Assembly: GCA_963754875.1 (NCBI GenBank)
Contig: CAVWHO010000007.1
Coordinates: forward strand, 140,965-204,964
Source of the DNA: Nitrospirota bacterium
GTDB lineage: Bacteria > Nitrospirota > UBA9217
Direction of reading: 5' to 3'
DNA length: 64,000 nucleotides
Positions 61,585 to 64,000 of this stretch are shown here, in pieces (position 1 is the first letter of the stretch; each line of letters opens with the position of its first letter). The notes beneath the pieces were generated by a model. The model saw only the letters and a program-made list of their open reading frames with translations, ran no database searches and was not told the DNA's origin. Both the position numbers and the translations under genes were made by a program.

Positions 61585-62501
61585 TCGAACCCAAGAGCTA
61601 CAAGTGGTTCATTGAATATACGAGTCCCCAGGAAGGTCATATCCACGGGATTCGTACTATTCACTACGCGAGCCAGACCAAGTACCAGAACATGGAGATC
61701 ATGGAAAGCGGGAGCTACGGCCGGTGCCTCGTCCTGGACGGAAAGATGCAGTCGTCCGCGACCGATGAGTTTATTTACCATGAGGCACTGGTCCATCCTG
61801 CCCTTTTGACCCATCCGAACCCCAAACGGGTCTTCATCGTGGGCGGCGGCGAAGGGGCCACGCTCCGGGAAGTGCTCCGCCACAAGAGCGTCGAGTACTG
61901 CATGATGGTGGACATCGACCAGGAAGTGGTTGAAAAATCCAAGGAACTGCTTCCCGAGTGGCACCAGGGCGCATTCGATGACCCGCGGACGGACCTCAGG
62001 TACATGGACGCCCGCAAATATCTGGAAGAAACCACCGACAGTTATGATGCCATCATCATTGATATTTCCGAACCAGTAGAGGAAGGCCCTGCCTACCTCC
62101 TGTTCACGCGCGAGTTCTACGAGATCGTAAAAGAACGCCTTACGCCCGACGGCACGATCGCCCTTCAGGCCGGCACCACGGCCCTGCACCAGCTTTTAAA
62201 CTTCACGGCTGTAAACAAGACCTTAAACGCGGTTTTCCCCGTTGTCACCCCCTACAATGTGTGCATCCCGTCATTCGGTCTTCCCTGGGGCTTCACCCTG
62301 GCTTCCAAAAACCTCGACCCCAGCAAGTTTACCCCCCAGCATGTGGATGAGCTGATCAAGAAGCGGATCAAGGGCGAAACCAGGTACTATGACGGCATCA
62401 CGAACCAGGGTATGTACATGCTGCCCAAACACATTCGCAAGGCCATGGCCGAAGAAACGAAAATAATCGAAGACAACGCTCCGCTTTTCACCTATCATTA
62501 A
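61581..62501 (+). CDS. speE: Polyamine aminopropyltransferase (spermidine synthase)
   Basis: 'LDGKMQ', 'DEFIYHE.LVHP', 'GGGEG', 'VDID', 'IIID'. Confidence 0.93.
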   Translation: MIEPKSYKWFIEYTSPQEGHIHGIRTIHYASQTKYQNMEIMESGSYGRCLVLDGKMQSSATDEFIYHEALVHPALLTHPNPKRVFIVGGGEGATLREVLRHKSVEYCMMVDIDQEVVEKSKELLPEWHQGAFDDPRTDLRYMDARKYLEETTDSYDAIIIDISEPVEEGPAYLLFTREFYEIVKERLTPDGTIALQAGTTALHQLLNFTAVNKTLNAVFPVVTPYNVCIPSFGLPWGFTLASKNLDPSKFTPQHVDELIKKRIKGETRYYDGITNQGMYMLPKHIRKAMAEETKIIEDNAPLFTYH

Positions 62502-62508
62502 AGAGGCC

Positions 62509-63993
62509 ATGAACCCTCCTCCTACACGATTCGAGGATGAGCAGTTCCGCACACCATTGTTTGACGCAATGGTCAATCTTGCGGAGAGCCGCAAGGTTTC
62601 CTTCCACACCCCCGGCCACAAAAGCGGCAAAGGCATAGCCACCCGGTTCCGCAAGTTCGTGGGGCCCCGCGTCTTTTCCATCGATTTAACGACCTTAGAC
62701 GAAGTAGATTCGCTCCAAAACCCGACCGGCGTGATCAAAGAAGCCCAGGAGCTGGCTGCCAAGGCAGCAGGCGCGGACCGCTCCTATTTCCTGGTGAACG
62801 GTACGACCGTGGGCAACCATGCCATGGTCGCAGCCACGACCGGCCCCGGGGACAAAGTACTTATTGCCAGAAACTGCCACCGTTCAGTGCTTACCGGTCT
62901 TATTATGAGCGGCGCCCAGCCGATCTTTTTCCAGCCGGCCTTTGGCCGGGACCTGAAGCTCACCCTGAACGTTAAATTCGAGACCGTGAAGCATGCCATT
63001 GACGAAAACCCTGGGGCACGCGCTCTTCTGATCACCAGCCCGAACTATTACGGTCTCTGCGCGGACATCGAAAAAATCATTCCCTACGCTCACGAGAAGG
63101 GTCTTATTGTGTTCGTGGACGAAGCGCACGGCCCACATCTCAAGTTCAACCCCAAGCTCCCCAAATGCGCTCTGGATGTCGGTGCCGACCTCTGCGTCCA
63201 GTCGACGCACAAGATCGTGGGCGGCATGACGCAGGCGTCCATGCTCCATGCAAAAGCCGGCAGGATCAATATCGACGACGTGACGAACACGCTGAAGCTC
63301 CTCCAGACAACGAGCCCATCCTATATCCTGATGGCGTCGTTGGACCTGGCCCGGATGCAGATGGCAACAGAAGGCAAGAAGCTTCTGAACCGGACCATCA
63401 AGCTCGCCGAGGAAGCGCGCGCCAAGATCCAGAAGATCAACGGCATCAGCTGCTTTGGTAAGGAGGGGGCAAAGGCCGCGGGTATGGCTGACATGGACGT
63501 GACCAAGCTTACGATCACGGTCTCGGACCTGGGGCTTTCCGGCTACCACGTCTCCCATGTGCTCAATACCCGCTTCGGCATACAGGTCGAGATGGCAGAC
63601 CCCTTCCATGTGCTTGTTATTGTTTCGATCGGCGACCGGCAGGACGACCTCGACCTTCTCGTGGCAGCTCTCCAGCAGATCTCGGCAGAGACCGGGCTCC
63701 AGGGGGCGCTCCTCCCGCTCGACAAGGTCCATCCGCCCATGCTTCAGAACCGCTTTGCCATGACTCCGCGCAAGGCCTTTTATTCAGACAGCGAGCTCGT
63801 GAACGTGAATGGCTCCGTAGGCAGGGTCTCGACAGAGATCGTGACCGTCTATCCTCCCGGCATCCCGCTCCTCGTGCCCGGAGAAGAGATCTCCCAGGAC
63901 GCCATCGACTACCTCCAGAACATGGCAGGTCTCGGCGCCATCATCGACGGCTTGAATGAGAACAACAGCCTCGTGCGCGTGGCCAAGGCCTAG
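62509..63993 (+). CDS. Arginine/lysine/ornithine decarboxylase (PLP fold I)
   Basis: 'FHTPGHK', 'LVNG.T', 'RNCH', 'VDEAHG', 'QSTHK', 'TTSPSY', 'YPPGIP'. Confidence 0.9.
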   Translation: MNPPPTRFEDEQFRTPLFDAMVNLAESRKVSFHTPGHKSGKGIATRFRKFVGPRVFSIDLTTLDEVDSLQNPTGVIKEAQELAAKAAGADRSYFLVNGTTVGNHAMVAATTGPGDKVLIARNCHRSVLTGLIMSGAQPIFFQPAFGRDLKLTLNVKFETVKHAIDENPGARALLITSPNYYGLCADIEKIIPYAHEKGLIVFVDEAHGPHLKFNPKLPKCALDVGADLCVQSTHKIVGGMTQASMLHAKAGRINIDDVTNTLKLLQTTSPSYILMASLDLARMQMATEGKKLLNRTIKLAEEARAKIQKINGISCFGKEGAKAAGMADMDVTKLTITVSDLGLSGYHVSHVLNTRFGIQVEMADPFHVLVIVSIGDRQDDLDLLVAALQQISAETGLQGALLPLDKVHPPMLQNRFAMTPRKAFYSDSELVNVNGSVGRVSTEIVTVYPPGIPLLVPGEEISQDAIDYLQNMAGLGAIIDGLNENNSLVRVAKA

Positions 63994-64000
63994 CCCGGAC

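Overview
GC-rich bacterial chromosomal segment. Gene content and style fit an anaerobic Nitrospirota/Desulfobacterota-like organism (inference only). It holds about 60 CDS, and I see no rRNA, tRNA, CRISPR array or integrase. Main blocks: (1) a minus-strand envelope/ABC operon (lipoprotein, PEGA/TPR lipoprotein, TolB-like propeller, TPR protein, peptide-type SBP, permease) under a c-di-GMP-I-family riboswitch carrying the A20 variant linked to 3',3'-cGAMP sensing; (2) housekeeping genes (aminotransferase, two ABC-F ATPases, LTA-synthase-like, PpnP, CapA); (3) a hidden stand-alone GrdB/PrdB-like selenoprotein (in-frame UGA, UxxC, SECIS-like hairpin); (4) an AT-richer islet with an SDH/ClpP-like protease, two unannotated micro-ORFs and an MmeI-like type IIL RM gene; (5) a YccM-like ferredoxin with an FNR-like box, a two-CW protein and a split ADP-forming acyl-CoA synthetase; (6) an ECF sigma/CBM48 anti-sigma operon with its own ECF promoter; (7) a P-type ATPase preceded by a 33-aa leader ORF and terminator; (8) YeiH, TerC, a peptidase-WD40-Omp85 protein, an Ig-like lipoprotein, RACo, NlpC/P60; (9) speD-speE-decarboxylase with a structured leader. 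Eight frameshifts in seven genes are all +1 insertions and are probably sequencing errors.
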